DNA from: Squalus acanthias
Lineage: Eukaryota
Reading direction: 5' to 3'
Assembly: GCA_030390025.1 (NCBI GenBank)
Contig: CM059431.1
Location: 128,900,001 to 128,964,000, forward strand
DNA length: 64,000 bases
In this document: positions 27,710 to 40,194 of the stretch, piece by piece
How positions within the stretch are numbered: the stretch's first letter is position 1
Layout: every line of letters starts with the position of its first letter
The notes under the pieces: generated by a model
The model's database searches: none
What the model was told of the DNA's origin: nothing
What the model saw: the letters and a program-made list of their open reading frames with translations, nothing else
Position numbers and translations under genes: made by a program

Positions 27710-28569
27710 GCCCTCAGCTCACCTGCATTATTCACTCGACTCCTTGCATTGAAGTATATACCATTAAGCACTGTCAAACCATTTTTGTTGTCTACTTTCT
27801 AGCCTTTGTTTTCTCTGCCTTCCAAACTCAGTTACTAATTTTCTGCCTTCCATTCCAGCTTTGCTTCTCTCCCTTCTGAGTCAACGCTCAAGTTCCCATC
27901 CCCCTGCCAAGCTAGTTTAAACTCTCCCCAGCAGCACTAGAAACCCCCCTGCCCCGGCGAGGATATTGGTCCCAGCCCTGCTGAGATGCAACCCGTCCGG
28001 CCTATACAGGTCCCACCTCCCCCAGAATTGGTCCCAATGCCTCAGGAATCTAAAGCCCTCCCTCCAGCACCATCTCTCCAACCACGCATTCTTCTGCTCT
28101 ATCCTCCTATTTCTGTACTCACCAGCACGTGGCACTGGGAGTAATCTGGAGATTACTACCTTTGAGGTCCTGCATATTAATCTCTTTCTTAGCGCCCTAA
28201 AATTTTTCTGCAGAATGACATCCCTCTTTCTACCTGATGGAATGATTGAAAGTAGGAGGGATTAGATTATGAGGAGCGATCATGTAAATTGGGCATGTTC
28301 TCACTGGAAAAGGGGAGGTTGAGAGGTGATATGATTGCTGTTTTTAGGATTATAAAGTGACTAGTAGACCATGACAAGCTGTTTCGCCTTGTGCAGAGCA
28401 GTGGAACCTGAGAACACACCCTGTGCGTGAAGGGGGTAAATTTAAAAGAAATCTGCAGAAACAATGGGGGGAATTTTTCAGGGGGTCAGCGGGTCGACTG
28501 GGATTTTTTTTTTGACAGCGTACCTTGCAGTCAATTTCTGCTGGGCAGGGCTCCGTTGGGCTAATAGTC

Positions 28570-29480
28570 TACATGAAAGTAGGTCAAATATTCCCAATTA
28601 ATTCCTGAAAGCCCTGACCTAAAGTGCTCTTTGAGCCATCTATGGAAGCATTAATTGCTGCCTCTCTAGAAGTGAGAACTGCTCTTAGAGCCTCATCCTG
28701 ACATCTTGTTACTGCATTAATCTCCTGGACAGCCATTCTCACACCATGCCACACTTCCTCAATGGTGTTGGAGGTGCAGGTTGTGGATCCTGCCAACTTT
28801 CCCATTATCTGCAACCCATAAGAGAAGAGCGTCTCCACTACCTGCACATGAGATCTATGCTCTTTTAAAGACTGCACACCTGAGATCTTGGTCCTTGGAC
28901 TCCATAGTCGAGGGCAATTGTCTCTGCCCCTCAGGAGAGAAATGACTATTTCCTCATCATTCCCTCCCTATCCTCCTACTCGCTGGTGCTTTGTGATTTG
29001 TTCAGTGATATTCCTCAGTCTCAGTAATGACCTCATCGTAAGTGGGTCTATCTGGGATAGTGCTTGAAAATGTAAGTTGCCAGAAATAGGCCCTGTGGAG
29101 ATACCAAGTCGCTCGTCAGATGTTTCTTTCTGTAAGAGTTCAGTACATGCCGGGGACACGGAGCATTAATTTTAGGAGGACGCACATAAAGTTGCCAATG
29201 TAAAGATCTGACTGAGGTATAAAGGAAGATTTCAAGTAATCAGAATGTCTATAAACAGTAAACACTTACAATATTGCAGGCGATCCCTTAACCAACCTGA
29301 ACATGGTAGATCTCCTCCAACTTTTCCATTTCCCAAATTCCCTGCCTCCTCCTTGTGTCTGCCAAGGAGTTGTAGAGCTGGCTCCTCATGTCTATTCAGG
29401 GGCCTGATGCTTGCCATTCCTCCACCAATGGTAGTTCTTTTCCTCTGGTTGTGTGCATGCTCCTCCTTTGCATAAAACAC
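28570..29480 (-). pseudogene. Decayed Harbinger Myb-partner gene exons
   Basis: EEHAHNQRKRTTIGGGMASIRPLNRHEEPALQLLG resembles exon 2 of the 2357-4289 gene (AHNRRQQQRTGGGRLQLQPLSDLEE). Confidence 0.55.
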
Positions 29481-30437
29481 AAGGGGGTCAATTTTAATAG
29501 TACCTGCCTGGCAGAAACTAGGTGGGTGGGCAGATAAACTCGTCCAGGTTACTTACCCACTGGAAACCGCCATTCTGAATTTTAACCTGACCTGCTGAGC
29601 TGGCGGCAAGGACACCAGTTCCAATGACATCATTGGGATCCAACTGCAATTTTAACTGGTGGCCTGAGCAGGGGAATCGCTATGAAGAAAGCAGGAAGAA
29701 GAGCCGAGGCCAGAAAAGGCCCAAACAGGTAAGTTTTTTAACTTTTCTTTTGGGGCCAGGAGGAGCAAGTGCCTCCGGACACCATAAGGAAAGCTTCGGC
29801 CTTCCCTTCCCCAACTTCCCGAAACGCAACCTCCCCCCCCCATCCCACGAGATGGCCATGGAAGCTAATCCTGCCACCAAACTTGTGTTGGTTGATGGCC
29901 TCCGGGCCACCCAATTATCCGCTACTTCCTGCCGACTTCCCTCCCATGTTGGCCGGCAGGATTTAAATGATGCCTAGGAGTTAAAATAGCCCAGGTCTCC
30001 TTTCTGGAGCAGCAGGTGAGTTTTCAACTCACCTCACTACCCACCCACCCGGAGTGAAAGTCATAGGTTTTCAACTCGCCTCACTGCCCACCCGCCCGGA
30101 ACGATACTCTGAACCAAACATTTGGATAGACTACAGACTTATTCCCAATTTCATTTCATCAAGATGTCTGCAGACATTCGCTTGGGAGCGTGCTAAAAGA
30201 TGTTAAAAATTGCTTCAATCTCTTCAGCTCTCACTCAAACACTGCAGGAAAAGTGATATGGGATAGTAGAATTGCAGGAAAGGTGAGTGGCATGAAGTGA
30301 GTGGCAAGGGTATCTTGTGCTTACAAACTGTCTCATTTTTTTTCTTCTTTTACACTATGTGATCCTGAATGGTGTGGAGGTGAGTCCCAACATTATACCT
30401 GCATCTGTATGGGCCAACTTGGTGAGCAAATTACAAT

Positions 30438-31139
30438 GGGGAGAATTTTTCCTTCCTGATGCGCTGGGAGCAGGGTGGGTCCGATAGTGCAGGGGAAACC
30501 CGGATGTCTGGGTTTCCCCACACACTGTGGAGATTTAACTCAACACAGTGCGACTCTTGTCTCTGACAGTTTCCCTGCCCGGAAGTCAGCCAGATTGACA
30601 GGCTTGGCTTCCAGTCGGGTGTGGAGCATAATGGAGGAGGCCGCAGGATCAAATAGGTCCGATCCCCGACCACAGGGGCGGGAGGTCCAATTATCGACAC
30701 AGGGAAGGTCCGATCCCAGGCGGGGGTCCGATCCCTGACCCTTGGGGGGAGTTGTATGGTGGGGGCTCTGATAGTGGGGGAGCTTGGGGGGCTGGGAGGA
30801 AGCACTCCTGCTCCTCCTGGTCCACAAGGAGTTCTCCCCGAGTCTGTCCTCGTCCCGCTGCAGCTGCCTGGTTTCCCGAGGCCCTGGGAACCTGGCCGGC
30901 CACAGTAAAACCTGCAAAGCAGGTTAAATCCGAGGCTTCCAGCCTCATTAACATATTTCAAGTGCCAAACCCCCTCCTGGGAGCGGGTTGGCTGCCCGCC
31001 CCTTGTCCCGCCTCAGTAAAACCTGGAAGTTGGCAGGTTGGAGCTAGCTTCCTGACATGCTTGGAATTCTTGCCCATTTAACCCCCAATCCAGACTCGCT
31101 CCCACCCGCTCACCAATGTTAAAATTCCACCCCCCCCCC
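30438..31139. mobile_element. Harbinger-type MITE
   Basis: ggggagaattt...aaaattccacccc ends; AAT TSD; related in opposite orientation to 43000-43562. Confidence 0.75.
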
Positions 31140-31844
31140 AATGTTTTCTGAATACCCTTTGTGAAATAATTGAGTCAACATTGACCACAACCACCTCCTT
31201 CCAAACTGCCTGAACTTACTTTTTCTGGATTTCATTCTCTGGGTGTTCTCTGGGTGTCAAAGATCCTTTCTCTTCTTGCCTTTACCTCAGATAACATAAC
31301 CTCTACCACAGATTTTGAAAATCTTAGGGTTTTGGCCAATACACACTCTTCCAATGTTGCTGCTGCAATTGCAAGTTTGAATGAAGGTGTAGGTATAGCT
31401 CCAGCTCTCTCTCTATCTCTCTTTTCCCAACCCTCTTCTTATGCAACTGCTGTTCTTTTGGTCCTTTATGCTGCAGCAGCCTTTTAACTGGTGCAACTAG
31501 ACCAGATTCCCACCCTTCTAGTGGTACATGACCCGTCAGGAGCGGGATTCCCACTCTAAACCCAACTTGCATAATAAATGACCCCCCACCCCTCTCCCCG
31601 CCCCACCCACCACAGCCATGGAAAATATGTTCAGGTCCCAGTGGGATCAGGGACTAGGCAAAACTCTCACCGTACAATTTCTCTGACAGACCCAGGAAAA
31701 TCTACCTGATACATATGCTAGAAGGAGAAGCGTGATTGGCCATATAATTTTTGCTTGTTCAATATTTTGCAATCTTAAGATGCTAATTTTGCATTCCCAA
31801 GCTGGAACAGCTCCATTTTGCAAGGTACATCTTCTACATCAACA

Positions 31845-32190
31845 ACAACTTGCATTTATATAGCAGCTTTAATGTAGTAAAATGTCCCAAGGCACTTCAT
31901 AGGAGTGTTATCAAAAAAAATTTGACACCGAGTCATCTGTTAGGACAGGTGGCGAGGTAGATTTTAAGGAGCATCGTAAAGGAAGAGAGAGAGGTAAAGA
32001 GGCGTAGAGGTTTTGGGTGGGAATTCCAGAACTTAGGGCCCAGGCAGCTGAAGGCATGGCTGCCAATGGTGGAGCGATGAAAATCGTGGATGCACAAGAG
32101 GCCAGAATTGGAGGAGCGCGGTGATCTCTGAGGGTTTTAGGGCTAGAGGAGGTTACAGAGATAGGGAGGGGTGAGGCCATGGAGGGATTT
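31845..32190 (-). mobile_element. L2 LINE 3' end
   Basis: Reverse complement resembles 22440-22700; tail caacaacaacttgcatttatatagc is shared with the SINE at 39405. Confidence 0.75.
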
Positions 32191-32284
32191 ACAAACTGAA
32201 AGCTGATAAAAATTCATCTACTAGTAGCAAATAATTGCCAAAAATAGGCAAACCTAGGACTGATTTGTGTCTTTTGAAATGCAT

Positions 32285-34056
32285 GGTCGGAATTTTACTG
32301 GCGCTGAGAGGGCAGGATCGGAGGCAAGTCAGCTGTCAAAATAGAAAAGCTTGATAGGGGTCGGGAACCCGTTGTCAACCCGCCTCCATGCGAGTCTCCC
32401 AGGTGTCGGGTCTGTCAGCGCTGAACAGACCTGACTCCAAGTGGCGGGGGAGACAATTTAGATCATTAAATGCATTGTTAAGAGGCAATTAAGTTTATTT
32501 TAAGATTACCTTTAGATTTTTAGAGTTCGCCAATGGCTTCCCCGCTGCTCGGGGATCACGTCCGGTAAGGAGGTCGGGGGTTGTGTCAGCATGGGATGAT
32601 TTCTAAACTTGACAGCTGAAAATGGTCTATAAAAGCTCTCATTTCATAGGTCTTCACTTTCCAAGGTTAGAAGCTGTTGCTTACAGCATTTGGAAGACAG
32701 ATTGAGCTTTATGCAGCTAACAAGTGTTTGGAGCAAACTCTCTATCCAGTGTCACCTCCATGGAACAACCTTTCTCACCAGTGACAGATCGCTTCTGTCA
32801 TCTCAACCTCACCTGCCATCTAATACATCAGCATCGGTGCCCTTGAAAAAAATCTCATTTTGGTCCTCAGAATCCCACCACGATCAGCCCCAACACCAGC
32901 ATCACCGGGCATACCAGCAGCATTAACATCAACCTTCTCCGCAATCAACTGATGCTGCACTGGACACAGGGCATCAGCAGCCGACCACATTGCTGCCCGG
33001 GAGGCCAGGGATGGCCTCACCATAGCCAGATTTACTTCACTTGAAGCTGCACAACCTGGCTGCCACATGATGCACCAGGTTGGCACCACCCCACACCAAC
33101 AGCATAAAGCATCCCTACAATGCCCAAGCCATTCCTTTCACACTCATCACCATTGCGGGGCGGGGTACCCTTATGTCTCACCATTCACTGAAACTCACTA
33201 AGCCACTTCCAAAGGTGCACACAAATCTGTCCAAGAATGCAGTGTTGAAAATAAAGATTTCAATGTTTGATAGCACATTACCAGAAACTTCACATGAACA
33301 TTGGCTAAAACACCCAAGTGCCTACCTTTCTGTGTTGTTAGTTGGTATGCTTGCAGTAGGATGAGGGTGAGTGTGAGGGGTGACTAGTGAAATGGAGAAG
33401 TGATAATGTAGATAGACAGGGTTGGGTGGAGGTGCAAGGTAAGTTGGTGTGAGAAAAGATGTGCAGGCGCAGGGTAGGGAAGGCAGAGTGATGGGGATGT
33501 GATGAGTAGCACAGCAGGACGAGGTTGAGTGTGGCTTGGCAGTAACATTTCGTGATCTACTGAGATCATTGAAAGGTTTACGCCACTGCAGCCTGGTCCT
33601 CCTGACGATATCCCTGCTTGTGCCCTCCTGTGCAATGTACAACCAGGCTGCATTGGTCTCCTGGGGAGGTTTTTTCCACCCATTGGAAGGGAAGAGAACC
33701 TCCCTGCATATGGAGGGAGTCATGGGAGAGCCTGGGTGCAGCCGTGCACCTTTGTGCAGTGCTTGTCTGTGTTTGCAGCACCTCAATGCTGTAGAACACT
33801 GACAGCACAACTGTCAACATCAATTTGGACATGGCCCCTTTAAGGAAACCGGCTGATGACGCATCATCAAATGACGTCATCAGACCCACTTCCTTTTAAT
33901 TGGCCGGGACCCTCGCTGGGCGGGCTTAACAAGCCCTATTAACGTAAAATCACTTGGAGAGTGTGGGCTGGAGCAGGTGGCAGGCTGGGACCGTGACACC
34001 GACCCCGGCCCCGGCCCCAGCCGCCTCGGACCCGCCTCGGTCGACGAATCACGGCC
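32285..34056. mobile_element. Non-autonomous Harbinger-derived element
   Basis: Colinear with 9340-12518; ends ggtcggaatttt and gaatcacggcc; decayed Myb REVLFPSNGWKKPPQETNAAWLYIAQ...WRKPFNDL on -. Confidence 0.75.
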
Positions 34057-35085
34057 AATGTACTCAAATGTATCAGCCATCAAACTTTCAGTCTATTGTT
34101 AAATCTAAGTATTTTGAAGATTAGATGAGTATGAATGCAGGTCAAACAAGCTGATTGGAAAAGAACTGATGGGATCTGGAGCATCTCTAAGATCATTGAG
34201 TTTGGTTACATCACCTGTTTAAACATGGAATTTGACATGAGCTGGGAAAATTGCTGCAGCCTTGTCATTTGGCTAGTCTGTGGATCATCATCCATCACAA
34301 CCTAGTGAATATTACTGGTTCCTGGAGCAGCTGAATTCAAGGATGTAGAGGAGTTTAAACTGAGTATCACAATCAATTTAATAGCAAAATGTGTTGTTGT
34401 GCAAATGACACAAAAATAGGATAAGCCTATCTCCACTGACAAATTTCACTGAAAATTCATGTCCAGGCCAGTCATAGAATCATAGATTCATAGAATGGTT
34501 ACAGCACAGAAGGAGGCCATTCGGCCCATCAAGCCCATGCAAGAGCACTTCAGCTAGTCCCACTCCCCCGCCCTTTCCCTGTAGCCCTGCAATTTTTTTC
34601 CTTCAGGTACTTATCCAACTCCCTTTTGAAAGCCAGGATTGAGTTCGCTACCACCGCCCTCTCAGGCAGTGCATTCCAGATCCTAACCACTCGCTGCGTA
34701 AACAAGTTTTTCTTCATGTCGCCTTTGGTTCTTCAGCCAATCATCTTAAATCTATGTCCTCTGGTTCTCGACCCTTCCGCCAATGGGAACAGTTTCTTTC
34801 TATCTACTCTGTCTAGATCCCTCATGATTTTGAACCCCTCTATCAAATCTCCTCTCAGCCTTCTCTGCTCTAAGGAGAACAACCCCAGCTTCTCCAGTCT
34901 ATCCACGTAACTGAAGTCCCTCATCCCTGGAACCATTCTTGTAAATCTTTTCTGCACCCTCTCTAAGGCCTTCACATCCTTCCTCAAGTACGGTGCCCAG
35001 AATTGGACACAATACTCCAGTTGAGGTTTTATTAAGGTTCATCATAACTTCCTTGCTTTTGTACTCTATGCCTCTATTTATGAAG

Positions 35086-35475
35086 TCATGATGTGGAGAT
35101 GCCGGCGTTGGACTGGGGTGGACAAAAATGAGAAGTCGCACAACACCAGGTTATAGTCCAACAGATTTATTTAATTTTACAAGCTTTCGGAGCTGTCGCT
35201 CCTTCGTCAGGTAAGTTAGCAATGAGAGAATCTCCCAGAATTCACAATTTAAACCCAGACAAAATCTATTCACATTATTCGCTACAACAAAGAGCACTTT
35301 GGCTGTGCTCTTTGTTGTAGCGAATAATGTGAATAGATTTTGTCTGGGTTTAAATTGTGAATTCTGGGAGATTCTCTCATTGCTAACTTACCTGACGAAG
35401 GAGCGACAGCTCCGAAAGCTTGTAAAATTAAATAAATCTGTTGGACTATAACCTGGTGTTGTGCGACTTCTCATT
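35086..35475. mobile_element. Penelope-type fold-back insertion: 172-bp inverted repeat with hammerhead core
   Basis: Arms 35126-35297 and 35305-35476, loop tttggct; TSD tctatttatgaag at 35073-35085 and 35476-35488; CTGACGA-aggagc gaca gctcc-GAAA at 35392-35417. Confidence 0.85.
35385..35428 (+). ncRNA. Minimal hammerhead ribozyme motif
   Basis: ttac CTGACGA a ggagc gaca gctcc GAAA gctt gtaa: stem I ttac/gtaa, 5-bp stem II, palindromic aagctt stem III. Confidence 0.7.
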
Positions 35476-36989
35476 TCTATTTATGAAGCCCAGTATCCCG
35501 TTTGCTTTTTTAACCACTTTCACAACCTGCCCTGCCACTTTCAACCATTTGTGCACATATACCCCAAAGTCTCTCTGTTCATGCACCCCCAGTAGAATTG
35601 TACACTTTAGTTATATTGCCGCTCCTCATTCTTCCTACCAAAATGTATCACTTCGCACTTTTCTGCGTTAAATTTCATCTGCCATGTGTCCGCCCATTCC
35701 ACCAGCCTGTTTATGTCCTCTTGAAGTCTATCACTGTCATCCTCACTGTTCACTATACTTCCAAGTTTTGTGTCACCTGCAAATTTTGAAATTGTGCCTT
35801 GTACACCTAAGTCCAATCATTAATATATATCAAGAAAAGCAGTGGTTCTAGTACCGATCCCTGGGGAACACCACTGTGTACCTTCCTCCAGTCCGAAAAA
35901 CAACTGTTCACCACTGCTGTCTGTTTCCTGCCACTTAACCAATTTCGTATCCATGCTGCTGCTGTCCCTTTTATTCCATGGGCTTCAACTTTGCTGGCAA
36001 GCCTATTATGTGGCACTTTATCAAATGCCTTTTGGAAGTCCATGTACAGCACATCAACTGCATTGCCCTCATCAACCCTCTGTTACCTCACCAAAAAACT
36101 CAATCAAGTTAATTAAACATGATTTGCCTTTAACAAATCTATGCTGGCTTTCCTTAATTAATCAACACTTGTCCAAGTGACTGTCCAATTTTGTCCCAGA
36201 TTATCATTTCTAAGAGCTTCCCCACTACCGAGGTTGCTGGGTTTATCTTTACACCCTTTTTTGAACAAGGATATAACATTTGCAATTCTTCAGTCCTCTG
36301 TCACCACCCCTATATCTAAGGAGGATTGGAAGATTATGGCCAGTACCTCCACAATTTCCACCTTTACTTCACTCAGCATCCTAAGATGCATCCCATCTGG
36401 TCCTGGTGACTTATCTACTTCAAGTACATCTAACATTTCTAGTACTTCCTCTTTATCAATTTTTATCCAATCTAGTATCTCAACTACCTCCTCTGTCACC
36501 AGTGTTTAGGATTTTAAAAAAGGTACCACTAAGAAATGTGTTTATTATCAAATTAAATGGCCTCATGTTTAAAAATGCCTTCTGTCCCTTTATCTCCATA
36601 CACATGTCGGAAATGTGCTTAACTATTTTTGTGAATCATTAAAATGTTAACTGTCATAGTCAAAATCAAAATGGCTACCAGTCCCCTTTGAACCCATTTC
36701 AAATTATACCATTAGCTGACTTTATCCATATTCATAACAGCCATTACATTATTTTTAAATGTCTCCAGCTACTGCACAAGTGGGCATCTTCACCAATCAG
36801 TCCCAGTAACACAATGTTGTACATCTGAAGAAATTTACTGTTTGTGTGAACTCTTTCTCATGCTTCATATTATTGAAGATAAAGACTGTAGAAAATGGTA
36901 TTGATGGATATGTTGGGAAATCATTTAGATTTGGGCAAAAGAAATCCTACAAATTTTCATAAAATATCACCACAATGAGATCAGATATC

Positions 36990-37255
36990 AATTGGTAAAA
37001 GGACCAAAGGGGAAAGAGGAGAATTTTTTTTATGCAGCGTGTCATTATGATCTGGGATGTACTGGCTGAAAGGGTGGTGGAAGCAGATTCAATAGTAACT
37101 TTCAAAGGGAATTGGATATATACTTGAAAAGGAAAAATCTGTTGGGCTGCGGAGAAAGAGCGGGGGAGTGGGACTAATTAAATAGTTCTTTCAAAGAGCT
37201 GGCACAGGCATAATGGGTTGAATGGCCTCCTACTGTGTTGTTTGATTCTATGATC
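36990..37255 (+). mobile_element. CR1 3' end fragment
   Basis: FFMQRVIMIW-type coding end and 3' UTR ending gattctatgatc. Confidence 0.7.
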
Positions 37256-37551
37256 ATTTGTTTTGCATCTGCTCTATTGGGATATACTCTTTGCTCAAAT
37301 ATAGGTTTGTAATGTAATTTTCTGAAAAACATCAAATACATTGAAGTAAATTTTTATCTTCACTGTCTGGGCAGTAATCCAGGAGAGCGGATCACCCACA
37401 CTTTGTTGAACACACCTGCTTTTCTGTCCATTGATTTCAGTGGAATGAAAATCAGGAAGGTTCTACAATGGCAAGTTGATCCTCTCTGCTAGATTACCAC
37501 CAAGCAGTGAAGATGACAATTTATCCCACTAAGTTTATCGGGAAACATATT

Positions 37552-38263
37552 GGCCCAGATTTTGTTGTAATAATAATGGCAAAGCTATCAGCGTTCACCG
37601 TTATTACTGGGGAAATCTGACAACAACTTCTGGCTTCCGCACATGCTCAGTTAAACGCGGAAATCCAGAAGTTGCTGTCACAGATTCCATGCTCCTCCAC
37701 AGGGTGCGCTGTTGCTGTTCTCGCTGATAGACTCGGCACTGAAATCACTGGAATGGCATGAACTTGGGGTACTTACCCACTAGTTCCGCACTAAAAATGG
37801 CAGAAAAAATTAGGGCTGGTACATTTAGGAGTAAGTGAGTTTTTAATGGCATAATAAGTGATAATTACTGCTGAACAACCTCTCTGGTCCTGAAAAAATT
37901 ATTTTACAAGCGTGGAGTCTCATTCCCTCAGAAGAAAATTAATGTTGCAGATTTTTTTTTAATTACTTTTTTTTTACTTCTTCTGTTTGTCTCTTTTATC
38001 TCTCTCCCTTAAACTCATCTGCATTTCCCAATCTTTATTTTGCTTCATGTGTTTAGACTTTGCGTGTCTCAGTGAGAATTCTTCAATCTGATTGGATGAA
38101 GAACCACACTGTTGCTTGGCCTGTTCACAGATGCCACTGACTGAAACAGACGGCGGATGACTGGAAGTCTCCGCTGACAAGCCCGTGAACTGTCTGTGGC
38201 CAACTGTATACAAGGTGAACAGCGAAAAGCTGTTCCTTCGCCACTGAGAGCAAAATCCGGGCT
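37552..38263. mobile_element. Harbinger-type MITE
   Basis: ggcccagattt...aaatccgggct imperfect TIRs; TSD not clean. Confidence 0.55.
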
Positions 38264-39404
38264 ATAGTTTCCAGTTTTAAATTAAGTGCTATAAATGATT
38301 TACCATTTGATTTTATATAAATATACGAGTGAGGAAAACTGTTGGACAATAATTGTTGTCAATGATCTAACAATTGTTAATTAGTCATCAATTTCATTTT
38401 TATAGCATGTACAATACATTTGTAAATATTAAAAAAAGAAATGTGTTCGGGCAACTCTGATTTAAAAGAATAAGGCCTGTGAAGTAAAACTGAAATGTGA
38501 CTTCTGGTGACGTTTATTCGTATGGGGTTCTTTTGTTTGTATTAACTTTTTCAAAGAGAAACAAATGTTTTATTCTGGAGTATTTATTTGCTGATGGCTC
38601 CTGCAAAATTATCGATTGATTTTCCCATTAAAGGAATAGAAATGTGCTATAAAATTGATTTAAATATCCAATTCATACTGTATTGGTGGTTGTTAAGCAT
38701 TTGCTCTTTAAAGCTATGAAAGTGCTCTATATTTTCTGTCTGGCTCCTTTCAATTTATTTTACTATGAATCTTGGAAAACATTACAGTGCAATGGAAAAT
38801 CAGATCACTTCCTTGTTATCAAAGGCTTCAGCATATTCTTCTGTAGCTGCGCCAGGTATAACATCAAAAGTGACATACTATTGTCAATTATTTTTTTTAA
38901 ATGTTCTATGTTTTCTGAAATTTTAGTTGCTCATATAAAGCCACAAGTTCATTATTATATTACCTAAATATTTTATCATATATGAGGTTTGCGAGATATA
39001 TTTAAAAAAATTTGGCAGATTACTATTTTATCATCAAAATCTTGCATTTGCATTTTTGCAGTCTTTAACAAAAACATTAGCAACTGAAGAATGTTTTAGT
39101 ACCATAACAAGTGCCAATTTAATTCCTGACACTGAAGAAAACATAATGGGAAGCAATTGGCTTGTCTATGCTGACAGTGGTTTTAAGTGCATGGAAGAAC
39201 TCAGTATCAGAGTCTGAAGAGCTTTCATAAGGTGAGTAGGAAAGCAGCTATTCCAGAGACAAGAAGCCAGCAAAATAAAACATGAAAAAGAATAAAATAA
39301 TTCGAATTAATATTTATTATGGTTTTTGTTTAAATGTAGGTAGTCCTAGATCAATGTCATCAGACAACTGGTGTTCAGAGATTTAGGGAAACGATGTAAG
39401 AAAA

Positions 39405-39843
39405 CAAGACTTGCATTTATATAGCACCTTTCACGACCACCGGACATCTCAAAGTGCTTTACAGTCAATGAAGTACTTTTGAAGTGGAGTCACTGTTGTA
39501 ATGTGGGAAACGCGGCAGCCAATTTGTGCACAGCAATGACCAGATAATCTGTTTTTGTTATGTTGGTTGAGGGATAAATGTTGGCCAGGACACCGGGGAT
39601 AACTCCCCTGCTCTTCTTCAAAATAGTGCCATGGGATCTTTTATGTCCACCTAAGAGGGCAGACGGGGCCTCGGTTTACTGTCTCATTCAAAAGACAGCA
39701 CCTCTGACAGTGCAGCACTCCCTCAGCACTGCACTGGAGTGTCAGCCTAGCTTTATGTGTTCAAGTCCCTGGAGTGGGACTATGAACCCAAAACCTTCTG
39801 ACTCAGAGGCGAGTGTGCTACCAACTGAGCCACAGCTGACACT
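39405..39843 (-). mobile_element. tRNA-derived SINE with Deu-like core and L2-derived tail
   Basis: Minus-strand head gtggctcagttggtagcac...gggttcatagtccc (A/B boxes); central core gtgccatgggatctttt...acagtgcagcactccctcag; L2-type tail. Confidence 0.8.
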
Positions 39844-40194
39844 GCATGGAAAATATTACACTTCAAATCTCCTATCTGGTGAGTTTCTCAAAGGTCTGGT
39901 AACTTTGTGTTATGAATCCCTGCTATAAGGCTGTCTAATATTGTATGCATCAAATATGAGCTCTCATTAACAGAAGCCCTGGGCACCAGTTGACAGTTGG
40001 CTGAATGGATTGTTAATTGCCCAATAGGGGGAAAAGGAAAAAAAGAGAATAATATAGAACTTGATGTAGAGAACTATGGAAGAGGGATATGATTAAAATA
40101 AATGTTAGAGAAGCATGTCTCCATTCTTACAAGTAGGAAAATAGGTTTAAAAATCATTCTTCAAAAAATTACAGAATGCTCTGCCTTTGCAAGT

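Larger units (their letters stand above)
23330..28235 (-). mobile_element. Long decayed CR1 LINE (ORF1 esterase end, APE, RT) with nested Penelope and solo-LTR insertions
   Basis: LYRPDGLHLSRAGTNILA (esterase), YDIIAITETWL, GSDH, QGFVKGRSCLTNL, YMDFSKVFDKVPH, RPQLEYCIQFWSP. Confidence 0.9.
34470..36500 (-). mobile_element. 5'-truncated CR1 LINE with a nested Penelope fold-back
   Basis: KSPGPDGMH, YMDFQKAFDKVPH, SGVPQGSVL, LEKLGLFSLEQRRLRGDL; (catagaat)n tail at 34473-34496. Confidence 0.9.
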
